In this document: positions 62,427-64,000 of the stretch, one piece after another
How positions within the stretch are numbered: the first letter of the stretch is position 1
Layout of the letters: every line of letters begins with the position of its first letter
Position numbers and translations under genes: made by a program
The notes under the pieces: generated by a model
Databases searched by the model: none
Seen by the model: the letters and a program-made list of their open reading frames with translations, nothing else
Told to the model about the DNA's origin: nothing
Virus record (IMG/VR): IMGVR_UViG_3300013936_000015
Location: 32,001 to 96,000 of that record
DNA: 64,000 nt
Source: a virus
Taxonomy: Duplodnaviria > Caudoviricetes
Strand: one strand, 5' to 3'

Positions 62427-63614
62427 TTATGCAATATCTAATTTAGCGTTAGTAAATGCGCCTTTCTTAACACTGGTGTATACATAGTATGTATCAGAAG
62501 CACCGGTATCTGGATCAGTAACAGTATGTTCTGACCGAGTGAAACCATCAGCAAGCAATGGGGTGGCATCATTCTGAACAATCTTTGTAAGAGCACCAAG
62601 ACTCTTTGGATATGCATATACAAAATACTCATCTGATGCTACAGTTAAACCTGTAATTACTCTATTTCGACCGCTTCCAGTCTCATACTTCTTTGTACCA
62701 GATGAGGGAGTAGTAATAGCATCAAGCAATATAGCATCAGTAAAAGAAGTTGTTCCCATCCAAAGTCTCTTATAAACAAAAGAAACACCTACAGATTTAG
62801 AAGTAGTATCAACATCAGAACCAGAAGCCCATTTGATAATGCCATTATTATTTACAAGTCCCTGCTTTGGAGCTTTTACACTAGCTGTAATAGTAGTATT
62901 GCCTGTTACTGTAGTAGTATATGCAGAAGAAAGAACTCCAGATGCAGGAAGAGCTGCACTACCCCAATTACCGCCATTCATAGCAGTAGGATCCTTGTGA
63001 TTATCATCATGAGTCCATTTCATACACCCATTAAAGGTTACTTTGTAACCCTTTAAGACAGAAATGCTTCCTGTGCCACCAAGGCCCTCTACAACAGCAC
63101 CCTTTTCACCGGCCTTATTGACAGTCCATAAAGATGAACTACCATCAACAGGGACAATAGAAGGAGTAACAAGTGGAAGGTCTCCATTTTTAATAGCATC
63201 GATATCCTTTCTGTTTGCAGCTCCCTTATCTCCAGCATAAGCTGTAGAAGTTGTTTCTCCAAGAGCAAGAGACTTACTAATCTCAATTAAATCAGAACCA
63301 GACCATCTATAGGTAAGCTCTGTGTCTTTAGTAACATAAATCTTACCACTTTCGGGAGTAGTCTTTGTCCAAGTCTTACCGTCAACAACGAACTGATATA
63401 ATTGCTTTTTATCTGAGATATAGTACAACATACTGGCATCCCGATTATCTGTAGGAAGTTCTGACTCTTTAATAATACTAGTAATCTCGATTACATCATC
63501 CACATAACTAGGAAGCTGGTTGGCAGGAACTAATCCATCCACAAGATCTGCTTTTCCTTTAATTCTATTTACCAACTCCTATGTACCTGCTTCGCCTAAA
63601 AATTTATAAGCCAT
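62427..63614 (-). CDS. Head/tail fibre-like protein (~395 aa)
   Basis: KADLVDGLVPANQLPSYVDDVIE, PESGKIYV...YRWSGS and LALGETTSTAYAGDKG fibre motifs. Single TAG at codon 12. Confidence 0.75.
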
Positions 63615-63640
63615 AATTATTAATGATAAATTTTTTATTT

Positions 63641-63844
63641 TTAAAACATCTCTTTTACTTCATCTGCTGTTATCTCTCCTAACTATTCTAATATCTTATT
63701 TAATTCTGATGCGTCAGGGATTGAAATAGATCCCTATAAAGGCTCTCCTTTATATACTAGCTGATAACTAGTAGACCCATCAGAAGAACTTATCTTCTTA
63801 AAGTACAAACCTTTAAGAATATGTTTATCAATGCAACATTTCAT
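63641..63844 (-). CDS. Small hypothetical protein (67 aa, TAG=Gln)
   Basis: ATGA overlap with the upstream gene. Ends EITADEVKEMF, similar to the EITAADVTAMFA end of 61541..62392. Confidence 0.5.
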
Positions 63845-64000
63845 ATATAGTCTTTATTTAAATAATATTCCATTAATAACCTTTGATTATCTAATAGAGG
63901 ATATAAATCAAGATAATTAATTTCATCCATTATTAATGAATATTCATCTTGATACCCTCTTTCTAGTCTTGTAAAGAAATGTAGATATTCTTTAATAACT
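63841..64000 (-). CDS. 3' end of a hypothetical protein (partial)
   Basis: Open frame VIKEYLHFF...NKDYI ending in TGA. Confidence 0.45.
   Translation of the reverse strand, partial: VIKEYLHFFTRLERGYQDEYSLIMDEINYLDLYPLLDNQRLLMEYYLNKDYI

Noticed and set aside
2473-64000. Interpreting the fragmented ORFs as pseudogenes of a decayed prophage
   Set aside because: The interruptions I checked are all TAG, frames stay consistent over up to 9.5 kb, and catalytic motifs are intact.
1-64000. Suppressor tRNA-CUA or other tRNA genes
   Set aside because: No cloverleaf was recognised in the few intergenic gaps. It may lie outside the window; tRNAscan-SE or ARAGORN would settle this.

Overview
An AT-rich segment of a crAss-like (Crassvirales-type, probably Bacteroidota-infecting) phage genome. 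Positions 1-2374 hold five small plus-strand genes, followed by convergent terminators. Positions 2473-64000 form one minus-strand late/virion module whose ORFs look shredded only because TAG is read as an amino acid, almost certainly Gln (code 15). With TAG read through, the fragments fall into frame and tile into about 28 genes: fibre/BACON adhesins, a complete diversity-generating retroelement (target + TR + RT), a major capsid gene split by a group I intron with a GIY-YIG endonuclease, ring and tail-stabilisation proteins, and several giant putative injected cargo proteins. These include a ~3300-aa virion RNA polymerase whose GS|DYDID catalytic loop is split by a second group I intron and which carries an embedded NADAR-like domain (candidate counter-defence against DNA ADP-ribosylation), a ~3190-aa protein with an SF1 helicase, and a ~1690-aa protein with a RecB-type nuclease. 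The DGR template itself has an in-frame TAG. For long genes I checked starts, stops and frame consistency of the supplied ORF fragments, not every codon. All family assignments come from motif recognition, not database searches.
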